Part shown: piece by piece, positions 1 through 10,033 of the stretch
Layout: each line of letters begins with the position of its first letter
Numbering within the stretch: position 1 is the stretch's first letter
Source: an uncultured Planctomycetota bacterium
GTDB lineage: Bacteria > Planctomycetota > Planctomycetia > Gemmatales > Gemmataceae
Direction of reading: 5' to 3'
NCBI GenBank assembly: GCA_963849325.1
Contig: CAWKHF010000012.1
Coordinates: 768,001 to 832,000, forward strand
Length of the DNA stretch: 64,000 nucleotides
Notes under the pieces: model-generated
Databases searched by the model: none
What the model saw: the letters and a program-made list of their open reading frames with translations, nothing else
What the model was told of the DNA's origin: nothing
Position numbers and translations under genes: made by a program

Positions 1-569
1 GATCCGCTTCGCCCGCCTGGTGGACGACGACGCCCGCGCCCTGCGCAAGCGCCACGAGAATGAGGTCGAGGAAGTGGAGCGCCAGGCCAACGCCGCAGAT
101 CGCCCGCAGCCGTTTCGAGGTCCACGGCACCGCCATCGCCCCCGACGCCACGTTCACGCTTCGCCTGGCCTTCGGCGTGGTCAAGGGGTATCGCGCCGAG
201 GGAGTCGAACTGCCGTTTACGACGACGTTCGGCGGCGCCTTCGAGCGGGCGCAGAAGCAGGGCCACCGCGAGCCGTTCGTCCTGCCGAAGCGCTGGCTCG
301 ATTCCAGGGGCAAGCTAGACCTGACAACGCCCTTTAACTTCGTCTCGACGGCCGACACCATCGGTGGCAACTCCGGCAGTCCGGTGCTCAACCGCAAGGG
401 CGAACTGGTCGGCATCAACTTCGACCGCAATCGTCACGGCCTGGTGCGCAATTTCGTCTACACCGACGAGCAGGCCCGTCACATCGCCGTCCATTCGCGC
501 GGCGTACTGGAAGCGCTGCGTAGCCTGTATGATGCGAAAGCGCTGGTCGAGGAACTGACTGGGGGATGA
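1..569 (+). CDS. S46 family dipeptidyl-peptidase, C-terminal part (5' truncated by window; frameshift ~94)
   Basis: PDATFTLRLAFGVVKGY and the catalytic TIGGNSGSPVLNRKGELVGINFD motif; the upstream frame IRFARLVDDDARALRK joins via one indel. Confidence 0.88.
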   Translation, partial: SASPAWWTTTPAPCASATRMRSRKWSARPTPQIARSRFEVHGTAIAPDATFTLRLAFGVVKGYRAEGVELPFTTTFGGAFERAQKQGHREPFVLPKRWLDSRGKLDLTTPFNFVSTADTIGGNSGSPVLNRKGELVGINFDRNRHGLVRNFVYTDEQARHIAVHSRGVLEALRSLYDAKALVEELTGG

Positions 570-571
570 CA

Positions 572-624
572 CCGAGCCTGAAGCGTAAGCGAAGAGCATC
601 TCTTCGCTTACGCTTCAGGCTCGG
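572..624. repeat. REP-like palindrome, family A (CCGAGCCTGAAGCGTAAGCGAAG...CTTCGCTTACGCTTCAGGCTCGG)
   Basis: Inverted repeat between convergent genes; near-identical copies at 18654, 44049, 56419, 62595. Confidence 0.92.
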
Positions 625-637
625 ACAATGACTTCGT

Positions 638-1741
638 TCATTTCGCGGTGGCGTAGCGATGGGTCGGTTGCGGTCGGCCGGGACGGAAGCTCTGCAAGGT
701 GTGGAACTCGGCCGTCGCTCCTAGAGCGGTACACGCTGCCGTCACCGTTTGCCGCACTTGCTCCGTGATTCGCTCCGGATCGAGGGCCACTCGCGCGTTG
801 ACGATCAGGTCCAACTCGGTCACGTCGCCGCGCGCCGGCAACGACAGTTCCGGCCGGCCCTGACTGCTCACCAGGTTGGCCACACCGAACGACACTTCCG
901 ACAGGCCAATCGCCTTCAGGTGCGCCACTTCGCCGCCGAGTTGGCCAAGCGCCTCCTGCAATCGCCCGACCACGTCCAGCAGCAATTCATCCACGGCGAA
1001 CGGCCTGGCGCCGGCGACGCGGATACTGCTGTTGAGCCAACCAAGCTCCGCCTCGCCCTCGGCGTAGGTGTCGTAATCGATGTCGAGAATCTTGCGGCCG
1101 AAGTCGCCTTGCTGGTCGAGCAGTGCCGTCAGGGTGTCGAAGCCCTGTCCGGTCTTGGCCGACAGGCGCAACAGCGGCGTGCCCGGAAAGGCGGTCTGGA
1201 CCAGGCCAGTTAGTTCCGCCAGCGTCGCGGCGTCCAGCTCATCAATGCGGTTGAGGACGATGGCGTCGGCCTCTTCGAGCTGCTTGCGGAAGATGTAGGC
1301 GGCCTTCGGCGAGAAGCCCGAATTCGCTTCCGACTTGAGGATGCGCAGACCGTGACTGGGTTTGAACAGCACCGGGTACGGGCCGACCTCGAAGCGGTCG
1401 CGGTACAGATCCTTGAGCGGCTGAACGACGGTGGCGACCAGGTCGGTGCAACTGCCGACCGGCTCGGCCAGGATCACGTCAGGCCGCTGCTGGACTTCGA
1501 GTTGCTCGACCTTGCCGATGAGGTCGTGGAAGCGACAGCAGAAGCAGGCGCCGGGCACCTCCTCGACGGCGAAGCCCTGGGCACGTAGGCTACTGGTATC
1601 CACGAGATCCGCGGCTTGGTCGTTGGTGACGAGTCCGACCTTCTGGCCGTGATCGAGGTAGAAGCGGGCCAGCCGTGATAGCGCCGTCGTCTTGCCGGCG
1701 CCGAGGAAACCACCCACCATGAGGAATCGCAACGCTTTCAT
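638..1741 (-). CDS. G3E (CobW/HypB/UreG-like, COG0523) metal-chaperone P-loop GTPase
   Basis: GGFLGAGKTT Walker A, VTNDQ, GACFCC metal motif, AEPVGSCTD. Confidence 0.88.
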   Translation of the reverse strand: MKALRFLMVGGFLGAGKTTALSRLARFYLDHGQKVGLVTNDQAADLVDTSSLRAQGFAVEEVPGACFCCRFHDLIGKVEQLEVQQRPDVILAEPVGSCTDLVATVVQPLKDLYRDRFEVGPYPVLFKPSHGLRILKSEANSGFSPKAAYIFRKQLEEADAIVLNRIDELDAATLAELTGLVQTAFPGTPLLRLSAKTGQGFDTLTALLDQQGDFGRKILDIDYDTYAEGEAELGWLNSSIRVAGARPFAVDELLLDVVGRLQEALGQLGGEVAHLKAIGLSEVSFGVANLVSSQGRPELSLPARGDVTELDLIVNARVALDPERITEQVRQTVTAACTALGATAEFHTLQSFRPGRPQPTHRYATAK

Positions 1742-1759
1742 AGCCGAACCTCGCGGAAA

Positions 1760-2579
1760 TTATTTCTCCAGCGTAACATAGTGATACTTGTCGATCAGAT
1801 CAACGACCGCGTCGGAATGGGCGAAGTCGAGAAACTCCTTGGCCAACCCCTTGGGAGTGTCGCGCATGACCAGGTTGAGCGGGCGGGATAGCGGGTAGGT
1901 GCCGTCGCGGACGTGGGCCGTCGTCGCCTTAATGCCTTCGGAGGGCAGCACCTTGATGGGTACGTTCTCGCCGACGGCGCCGGCCCGGCTGCACGAGACG
2001 TAAGCGATGGCTCCCGGTCGGCCGGCGACGGCCTGGATGCCCTGGTCGCTGTCGCTGATGATGGCGTCGGCCCGGACCTGCGTGGATTTCAGTTTGAAGT
2101 GGTCGAGGAATAATTCCAACAGGGCTAAACCGTCCTTCATGTGTACCAGCGTGATCGGCAGGTCCGGGCCGCCGACCTGTTTCCAGTTGGACACGGCGCG
2201 CGTGTACATGCGGACGATCTGATCGTCGCTCAGTGCCGTCACGGAGTTGGTCCGGTTGACGATGAAGCAGACGCCGTCGCGAGCGATGGGTGTGGCATGC
2301 AGGTTGGCCTCGTCCGGCTTCAGCGCGCGGGCCACCATGCCGATGTCGGCCAATCCCTCGCGTGTGTCCTTCACGCCGCGCCGAACCGCCTGCCTGCACG
2401 TCCACGCGCACGTCCGGATGGGCCGCCTCGAAACGCTTACCGATCTCGCGCAGCAGCGGCGCCATGCCCGACGAGCCGGTCAGCACAAGGTTGCGGAAGT
2501 TGCGCTCCGGTGGCCGACAGCCCGCACACAGGCTCCCGAACAGCAGTCCGCAAACGATCGGCCATCGGCTTGGCGTCAT
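1760..2579 (-). CDS. PstS-like phosphate-binding lipoprotein (frameshift ~2377)
   Basis: Lipobox LCAGC; LTGSSGMAPL, VQAGGS, DIGMVAR, IARDGV, GTYPLSRPL motifs across ORFs 1929..2990 and 1760..2374. Confidence 0.8.
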
Positions 2580-2763
2580 GAGTCCGGCTCGCCTCGTGAG
2601 TTCGGGTGGGCCTCGCGGCGGTCCTTCCGACTCATCATAGGCGATCAACGACGCCGAGAGCACGGGTGTCGAGCCGCGAAACGCTCTGGATTCCGATGCG
2701 CCGGCCGGCATAATCCTTCCCGCCGGTTGACATTTCGCGGAGTGGAACGTCGGACTGATAGGC

Positions 2764-3105
2764 TCATCGTGGATACGGCCGAAGCGATCCCGAACGGCGC
2801 GGGACGGTTGGCGTTTGGAAATGAATGCGCAGAACGACCTTGCCGGCTTCCGAATCGATCTCCATGAAGCGGATCTCGGCCGTATCCGGCACCTCTTCGT
2901 ACTTGCACTTTCGGCCGTCCAGCCGGATCTCCGTCTGTTCGGTGATCCGGTACGTGTTGTCCGAAGCGAGAACAGGAAAAAGTTTCCCATACGGGACGGA
3001 AGACTTCGGGTCCAGAGGTGCGGACTCTTTGGGAGGAGGAATCATCGCTATCGCAGGCGAAATACAAACGGCACAAGCGACAAGAGCGAGAAGATGGCGA
3101 ATCAT
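2764..3105 (-). CDS. small secreted hypothetical protein
   Basis: Signal peptide MIRHLLALVACAVCISPAIA followed by a globular-looking segment ITEQTEIRLDGRKCKYEEVP. Confidence 0.6.
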   Translation of the reverse strand: MIRHLLALVACAVCISPAIAMIPPPKESAPLDPKSSVPYGKLFPVLASDNTYRITEQTEIRLDGRKCKYEEVPDTAEIRFMEIDSEAGKVVLRIHFQTPTVPRRSGSLRPYPR

Positions 3106-3455
3106 GGATGGCTCCAGGTTATTTTTCCCTGTTGGCAAACCTCCCCGGTCGAGGCGACCCACACGAGTGAGAGGAGGTACTTATCCGTTAGGGCAAGAAC
3201 CGTACCCAACGGCTCTTGTCATGGAAACCGCTCCCCACGCTCACGGGAGAGGGTGGAAACAGGTATCGAACCGTGCAATCTGCAAGACGTTCCCGGCAAT
3301 TTGCATGAAACCGTCTACGGACCTGCACGACTTATTCCCTGCGAATGACGGGGGAAATGCGACTTTGCGCCGCCGTGAGAGAGAGGCACAGCACTTGCTT
3401 TAGTACGATGGCCAATCCCGTGCTCCGAGCTTGCCGCAAGTTGGAGGGACACCCC

Positions 3456-3944
3456 ATGCGCGAGGAGACGATGTGGCGTGGACTCGGCCGGATCGTGGCA
3501 TCCGTCTTCGCCATAACGATCCTGTCCGCGCTTGGCGCGGCCGTGTATGCCGCGCTCTGCGGTCTCCTCTGCTGGGCCCTCCGGGTCGAGGACGCTCCCC
3601 TGAGAGGACTCTGGGTCATGGCCTCTGGAGCGATCGCCGGATTCATCATGGCCATCGTTTGGGCGATTGACCGTGTTGTGAACTTCCGCTCTTACACTCC
3701 ACTCTCGTCCCGTGAGGAAAGAAACTCGACCGGGCCTTCGGAACGGATCGAGGCGGCCGCATGGGTACGGCATGCGACAAACCCGGGGATGAAAACGAAT
3801 GAGGGCGAGATCGTGCCGTTGATCTCGCCCTCTCGATTGCCAATCGACCTGCCCGGAACGAACCCCAGCGTTACCAATGGCCTTTCGGACCACAGCGAAC
3901 CGGGACCTGTTCCTCCACCTGAGCGGGGGCGTGGCCGATGGTAA
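3456..3944 (+). CDS. hypothetical membrane protein
   Basis: GGAGG RBS before ATG 3456; 2-3 hydrophobic segments; overlaps the convergent gene at its 3' end. Confidence 0.5.
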   Translation: MREETMWRGLGRIVASVFAITILSALGAAVYAALCGLLCWALRVEDAPLRGLWVMASGAIAGFIMAIVWAIDRVVNFRSYTPLSSREERNSTGPSERIEAAAWVRHATNPGMKTNEGEIVPLISPSRLPIDLPGTNPSVTNGLSDHSEPGPVPPPERGRGRW

Positions 3945-4353
3945 CGCGCAGCATCAACTTTTTCCGCTCTTCCTTGCGAACCGTGTCCGGGCCTTCGGGC
4001 GGCAGGACGACGATATAGGTTGTCGTTCCCTTCTGCGTCACGGTCTCCGGCCGCATCTCCGTGCGCTTCTGGCCAGTGTAGGGATCCTGGACGCATACCG
4101 GCACCATCCGCGTGTAGGGGACCTCGGTCGGCACGTCCTTCGTCTTCGCCGTGTAGCCCTTCTTCACGGGGACTTCGGCAACGCACTTCGTCTCGGTCAG
4201 GCAGGCGTTGAGGATGGTCCGATTCACCGTCCGGCACTGGCGGGCGTAGCAGCCGGACGCCGCCGTGGGAGGGCAGGGCGGCAGCTCCTCACTGTGCAAC
4301 GCCGACCCCGCCAGGACGAACGTGAAGCAAGCGATGCCGTAGACGGTTCGCAC
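3871..4353 (-). CDS. secreted Cys/Val/Thr-rich hypothetical protein
   Basis: AGGAGG RBS before GTG 4353; signal peptide; extended beta-type composition (VPYTRMVPVCVQDP). Confidence 0.6.
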   Translation of the reverse strand: MRTVYGIACFTFVLAGSALHSEELPPCPPTAASGCYARQCRTVNRTILNACLTETKCVAEVPVKKGYTAKTKDVPTEVPYTRMVPVCVQDPYTGQKRTEMRPETVTQKGTTTYIVVLPPEGPDTVRKEERKKLMLRVTIGHAPAQVEEQVPVRCGPKGHW

Positions 4354-4521
4354 GGATCGACCTCCTGTCCGAACACACGTGCTGGCAGTGCAAGACTGGT
4401 TTCGGAAATCGGGTCGGGGGGATTGTCGCGAATCGCCGGATTGCGCCGAATGGCACGGAGGAGCCGGCCGCACGACCGCTACAAAGTCCCGGGAAGGATG
4501 GGGCGAACGGAACAGGCTGCG

Positions 4522-7500
4522 TCAGGAGGGCATCTCCGCCATCTTCTCCAGGACGCGCTTCTTGCGCTTGCAGAGGTTGGGGCAAGGCCGAATCGCCCAG
4601 GCGCCGCAGATGGAACGCGGCGGCGTCCCGGTTATTGTGTTCGACGTAGTATTCGGCTTCTTGCAGATGCCAGAACCGCGCCCGCTCGTCCGCCGCCTGC
4701 CGGCGCGCCTGTTGCTGCCGGAGCCGCGTGTCCTCGTCCATCTGAGTGGGAGCGTCCCACACACTGATGGATTCGTTCCAGTTCGTCCCGGCCAGCCGCG
4801 TGCCGTCGGGGTGAAAGACAACACGGGCATTGAACGGAGGATCCCGATAACGCGGCGGCGCACCGTGCAGGGTGAGTACCTCGATGCCGGTTTCGGCGTC
4901 CCACATGCGGATCAGGTCGCGGCTGGCGCCGGCCAGGCGCTTGCCGTCGGGGCTGAAGGCCAGATCGCACAGTAACGCCGGCGCGGACAGCGCCCTCCGG
5001 GGCTGCGGGCGCACCGGCGCATCGTCCCAACCCTCGCAGTCCCAGACGACGACTTTGTTCTCTTCGATGCCGGTGCCGGCCAGGCGCTTGCCGTCAGGAC
5101 GAAAGGCCAGGGCCGTGACCGCGCCCCGGCCGGCGAGATGCACGAGCGTTCGCCCCGCCGACCAATCGTAGACGCGGATGCCGTCGTCGCCGCCCACCGC
5201 CAGCCAGCGCTCGTCCGGGCTAAAGGCCAGGGTGAAGAGTCGCCCGGTCTCGCGCAGCTCTTGTAACAGCGTGCCGTCGGCGGCATCCCAGATCCGGACC
5301 TCGGCCGGCCGACCCGCTTGCTTGCCGTCGGAGGCGCAGGTCGCCAGGAGCCGGCCGCTGGGACTGAAGTGGACGCCATGCACGGGCAGAGTGTGGCCCC
5401 GACACGATAGGAGGCGCTTGCCGGTTTCCACGTCCCAGATGCGCACCCGCGAGCTGTCCTCCCGGCAGCGCGCGGCCAGGCGGCGGCCGCCGCGAGCGAA
5501 CGCGGCCAGGACGCCCACCGGCTCGGTCGGCTCCGCGTTGACGGCCAGGTCATGTTCGGCGCGCAGCATCCCCGACGAGGCATCCCAGACCTGCAACTGA
5601 CCGGCCATCGTCACGGAGACCAGGTGCCGCCCATCCTCGTGGAAGGCGAGGGCTTCCACGTCTGTCGCCGTCCGCGCCAGCGTGGCGTACTCGGGGTGCC
5701 TCGTCAGGTCCCACAGCTTGACCTCGCCCCGCGAAGGACTGCACGAAACCAGGCGCTGGCCGTCCGGGCTGAACTGGACGCTCTCGACGGACCCCGTGTG
5801 GCCGCGAAACGTGATCAGTCCCATGCCCGATTCCAGGTCGTAGATGCGCACGGTCTTGTCCGTGCCGCCATAGGCGAGGTAGCGGGCATCGGGACTGAAG
5901 GCCAGGCCCAACACCGCCCCGGTTCGTCCCGTCAGGCTCTGCGGGGTCTTCGGCGCCGTCAAGTTCGCCTCCACGTCCCAGATTTTCAAGTTGCCGTTGC
6001 TGCCGGCGGAAACCAGGAGCTTGCCGTCGGGGCTGAAGGCGACGCAGAAGACGGCGCTCTTGTGTCCACTCAGGGCGCGGACTTCCTTGCCGGTCGAAGG
6101 ATCCCAGAGACGGACAACCGCGTCCTCGCCCCCGGTGGCCAGGAGTGGCCGTGCCGGATGGAAGGCGACGCTGTGAAAGCCCTGGCCGTCGGCGGTGCGC
6201 AGGACGCGATGGACCGTGGCCGTGTCGGCGTCCCACACCATCACCTCGCCGCGTTTGAGCAACCAATGGTCCGGCGCGGCGATGGCCGCCGAAGCCACGG
6301 TCTTGCCGTCGGGGCTGAAAGCCAGACCGGCAATCCGGGTGTTGTGGAGAGTGCGCTGCAAGAGTTCCCGTCGTTCCACCACGTCCCAGAGGACCACGGT
6401 GCCGTCGGCGCCGCCCAGGACCAGGCGGCGGCCGTCGGGACGGAAGGCCAGGCGATGGAAGGGCCCAGGCAAGCTCTGCTCGTGGACCGTCTCGCCGCGC
6501 ACCGCATCCCACAAGCGCAACTCGCTGTGCTCCCCGCGCACGTCCCCATTCTCCTTCCCCTCTCCCCCCGCTGCGAGGAGAGGGGGGGAAGGCGGGTGCC
6601 GCAGCAGCGAAGCGACGATGCCGCCGCCGGGGTGGAACGCCGCCACCCCCTCCGGTCCGGGCTGACGATGGAGGAAGCTGAACAGCTCCGGATGGTACAG
6701 GGTATTGAGGTAATACCACTCCCATCCGCGGCGGTCGAGCTGGTCGCCGGGATGGACACAATCGGCCAGGCTGCCCAGCGCGCCCGGCAGATCGTTGAGG
6801 CGCCATTGCAGCTGGCTCTGGGCGATACGGCTGTAATAGAGGGCGTTGCGTGCCTGCAGGCGCTGCTCTTCCTTGTCGTTTCTCTCGCGCAGGAGAGTAT
6901 CGCGGGCCAGGCGAGTTTCCTGCCATTGCCAGGTGACGCCGGCGAAACCCAGCACGGCGACCAGCACCAAACCCACGGCCAGGGCGGCGGACAGAGGCCG
7001 ACGCCGCGCCCACTTCCAGCCGCGTTCCACAGGTCCGACCGGCCGCGCCGCGATCGGATCGCCGCGACGGAAACGGCGCAGGTCGTCGGCCAGCGCCGCG
7101 GCGCTGGCGTAACGTCGCGCCGGCTCCTTTTCCAGACATTTGAGGCAGATGGTCTCCAGATCGCGCGGCAGATGCGGGCGTAAGCGGCTGGGACGCACCG
7201 GCTCCTCGTGCGCCACTTGCAGCAGAGTGTCCAGCGCCATCGCGCCCTTGAAGGGAGGCCGGCCGGTCAGACACTCGTAGAGGATTGCCCCCAGCGCATA
7301 AACGTCGGTGGCCGGGCCGATCTTCCGCGACGTGACTGCGGTCTGCTCGGGCGCCATGTAACTTGGCGTGCCGGCCAACTCGCCGGAGTGCGATCCCGGA
7401 CCCGGCTCGTCAAGCCGCTTCGCCAACCCGAAATCGGTGATCTTGGGCAGGCAGCCGGACCACCAATCGGACCCCGAGACGCACGGTGCCGAAGCATCCT

Positions 7501-8266
7501 CGGCTCCCTCGTCGCCTTCCGGCTTCTCGGTCGTCGGGTCGGCGGTTTCTTTGCTCTGCAGAAGGATGTTGGCGGGTTTGAGGTCGCGGTGAACGACCTG
7601 ATGCTGATGGGCGAAGTGAATCGCATGGGCCAGCGTTTCGATCAGGCGCACGGTCGGTTCGAGCGGCTGCGGGTCGCCGCGCAGCCGCTGCATCAGGCTG
7701 CCCTGCTCGGCGTATTCCAGGACAAAGTATGGCCGGCCTTCCGACTCGCCGACGTCGTAGATCTGGACGATGTTGGGGTGATGCAGACGCGCCACCGCCT
7801 CGGCCTCCAGCCGGAAGCGTTCGAGGTCTTTGGCTCCCGCGTGGGCGCCGGCCAGGACCATCTTCAGCGCCACCGTGCGCTTGAGGGCGCGATGGCGGGC
7901 CTTGTAAACGACGCCCATGCCGCCCCGACCCAGTTCGCCCAGGATCTCGTAGCCGGCGACGGTGGGGGCCGCAGCGGGAGGAGGCGCCGGGACCGGCCCA
8001 TTCGATCCGTCTCCGCAAGGCGCGGCCGCCGGCGGCGACTTCTTCAGCTCGGCCAGGAAAGGAGCGGTGGGGACCGCGGAAGAGGAGCACAGCTCGGTCT
8101 CCGCCGATAGGTCCGACAGGACGCAGGTCTTTTCGGTCAAGCGCTCCAGGTCGGCCTGGCAGCGGACACAGTCGGCGATGTGCTTCGCCAACTCCGCCTG
8201 TCGGGGTTCGCCCAACTCCTCGTCCAGCCAGTACACCAGGTCTTCCACGCTCGGACAGCGGCTCAT
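4522..8266 (-). CDS. zf-HC2 + Ser/Thr protein kinase + TM + WD40 repeat protein (frameshift ~4565)
   Basis: HIADCVRC; GRGGMGVVY, ALKMV, HRDLKPANIL, DFGLAK, GTPSYMAPE; TM after RRRP; many GH...V..VAFSPDG...WD repeats. Confidence 0.93.
6554..6590. repeat. CCCCTCTCC..GGAGAGGGG hairpin remnant embedded in frame in the WD40 region
   Basis: TTCCCCTCTCCCCCCGCTGCGAGGAGAGGGGGGGAA resembles the intergenic element at 38377 and encodes PPSPPLLAAGGEGK. Confidence 0.55.
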
Positions 8267-8880
8267 GGCCCTTCCTCGTCGCGCCCTTCCATCTTGGCGA
8301 TTTCCGCCGACAACATTTTCTGGACGCGCCGCTTGGCCACGAACACCTGGGCGACCTGCATGGGGATGCGCTCGGCCGCTTCGGCCCCGGACAGGCCGTC
8401 CAGGGCCGTCAGACGGAAGGCCTCCCACGTCTGCGGGGCGACGCGGAGACGGACACGGGCCACGGCCTCCTCGAACAGTTCGCGGTCGAACTCGGCTTCC
8501 AGGTGCTGGAGCAGGTCGTCGCGGGCGGCGACGCTGTGCAGCAGGTCCGCGGTCTGGCTGTCGCCGCTGCCCTGTCCCGGCCGACGCCGCGCCTCCAGGT
8601 AATCGCTCCAGGCGTGATGCGTCAGCGTCTTGAGCCAGGCGCGGAAGCTCCGCGCCGGATCGTAGGTGAACGTCCGCATTTTGTCGGCGAGCTTGAGCAG
8701 TACGTTCTGGGTGACGTCCTGGCTGTCCGCTTCCTGCAGGCCCCACTTGCGGCACCAGGCATAAATCTTGGTGCCGTAGTGCTCGACGAATTCGGCCCAG
8801 ATGGCCTGATTCGTGGGGTCGCGCCGCAGCCGGCCCAGCAAGGTGACGCGCGTTCCGGAATCGTGTGCTCCCATCCTCAT
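8263..8880 (-). CDS. ECF sigma-70 factor of the kinase-associated planctomycete type
   Basis: TRVTLLGRLR..W.EFVEHY, DSQDVTQNVL, SFRAWLKTL, region-4 HTH; ATGA overlap with the kinase start. Confidence 0.92.
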   Translation of the reverse strand: MRMGAHDSGTRVTLLGRLRRDPTNQAIWAEFVEHYGTKIYAWCRKWGLQEADSQDVTQNVLLKLADKMRTFTYDPARSFRAWLKTLTHHAWSDYLEARRRPGQGSGDSQTADLLHSVAARDDLLQHLEAEFDRELFEEAVARVRLRVAPQTWEAFRLTALDGLSGAEAAERIPMQVAQVFVAKRRVQKMLSAEIAKMEGRDEEGP

Positions 8881-9126
8881 TACTCCCCCGGCCCGCGGAA
8901 TCTGGCACCCCGGCATGGACGAAGCGAAAAATCGATCGCCGAGCACGGCCCGGACCCGGCGAGAGAGGCCGGGGGCCACGTCCCCATCAAAGCAGGAATC
9001 GCGCACGGCGCGAAGTGGTCCCGACAGGGGCCGCCCTCTGCCAGATTTCCGGCCGCCGTGCCGTACTTCCTTTGGGGCCGTTCCAAGCCTTTCGCCGCCC
9101 CGCGATTACCCCGTCGGGGAACCATC

Positions 9127-9444
9127 ATGATCGATATCCTGCTCGCACAGCCGGCATTGTGCGCCTTCCCCGTCTTCGTGTCGATCTTGTTCTTCTGGGC
9201 ACTGTGGACGGGACAGACAAACCCTCATTCCGCAGGCGGCAACAATCCCGCGCCTCGCGGTGACACATCGGATTACCGACTCCGCCCCGAGATGAGACCG
9301 GATTCGTCGAATCGAATCAATCCGGTGCTGTCCTGGGTTGGCCGTATTCCTCCGGCCCTCCGCAGCCTGCACGCCTCTTGCTCGGCGGATTACGACGTGA
9401 AGTTTAACCGAATCGGTAACAAGATTCGCCGCCCCGGCACGTGA
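9127..9444 (+). CDS. hypothetical small membrane protein
   Basis: N-terminal hydrophobic helix; divergent from the ECF gene; no recognisable family. Confidence 0.35.
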   Translation: MIDILLAQPALCAFPVFVSILFFWALWTGQTNPHSAGGNNPAPRGDTSDYRLRPEMRPDSSNRINPVLSWVGRIPPALRSLHASCSADYDVKFNRIGNKIRRPGT

Positions 9445-9544
9445 CGATTCTCCCGATTCAACACGAAGTCATTAACCATCGACGGGCGATCGTCGTATCA
9501 ACGTTGCGGAGTCTCCTTCGGCGAAGGTAAGATGAGGAAGAAGG

Positions 9545-9606
9545 CAGAGCCCGAAGCGGGAGCGAGGGAATTGTTTTCTTCCCCCTCGCTCCCGCTTCGG
9601 GCTCTG
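9545..9606. repeat. REP-like palindrome (family A variant GAGCCCGAAGCGGGAGCGAGGG)
   Basis: 24-bp perfect inverted arms. Confidence 0.85.
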
Positions 9607-9635
9607 GTAAGAACCCTCCCTGCCGACTGAGAAAG

Positions 9636-9833
9636 ATGGACTGGCAACTACCGATCGTCGGCGTGCTGGTGGTCCTGGCTCTGGTTTACCTGGGGCGGGG
9701 AGCGCTGCGCACCTGGGCCGGCAAGGGAGCGGGCTGTGGCAGCTGCAAATGCTCCACCACGGAAAAAGAACCGAAATCCGCCGCGGGGGATACATGGATC
9801 CCCGTCGATCAAGTCCGGCTGCGACGGCGGTAA
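9636..9833 (+). CDS. FeoB-associated Cys-rich membrane protein-like
   Basis: N-terminal TM helix followed by GCGSCKC. Confidence 0.7.
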   Translation: MDWQLPIVGVLVVLALVYLGRGALRTWAGKGAGCGSCKCSTTEKEPKSAAGDTWIPVDQVRLRRR

Positions 9834-10033
9834 CGTTCACAACCCGCGCGAACCGAGAGGCGGCCTGCTCACGTGACGGCGAGGAGGCGGCTTCCAAGCG
9901 GACGTATCCGCGATTGAAAACGGCGAAGGACTGGCCTATCCTGTTGGATAGGGTCTCCATCCGGAGCGCCCCTTTCCCCCCTCTCGCTCAACGACGTGCG
10001 GGCCACAGGAGTCGGCATTGAGGAGTGTCGCTG

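Noticed and set aside
3131-3260. GGCAAACC as a c-di-GMP-I riboswitch
   Set aside because: The following GAAA tetraloop and GACGCAAAG elements are absent
5550-8110. Long antisense and alternate-frame ORFs here and throughout the window
   Set aside because: Shadow ORFs expected at high GC, Arg/Pro/Ala-rich, overlapping well-supported genes
4289-8908. 1539-aa ORF as one protein
   Set aside because: The N-terminal part is an off-frame read through the ECF gene; the true start is 8266 and the tail is a frameshift artefact
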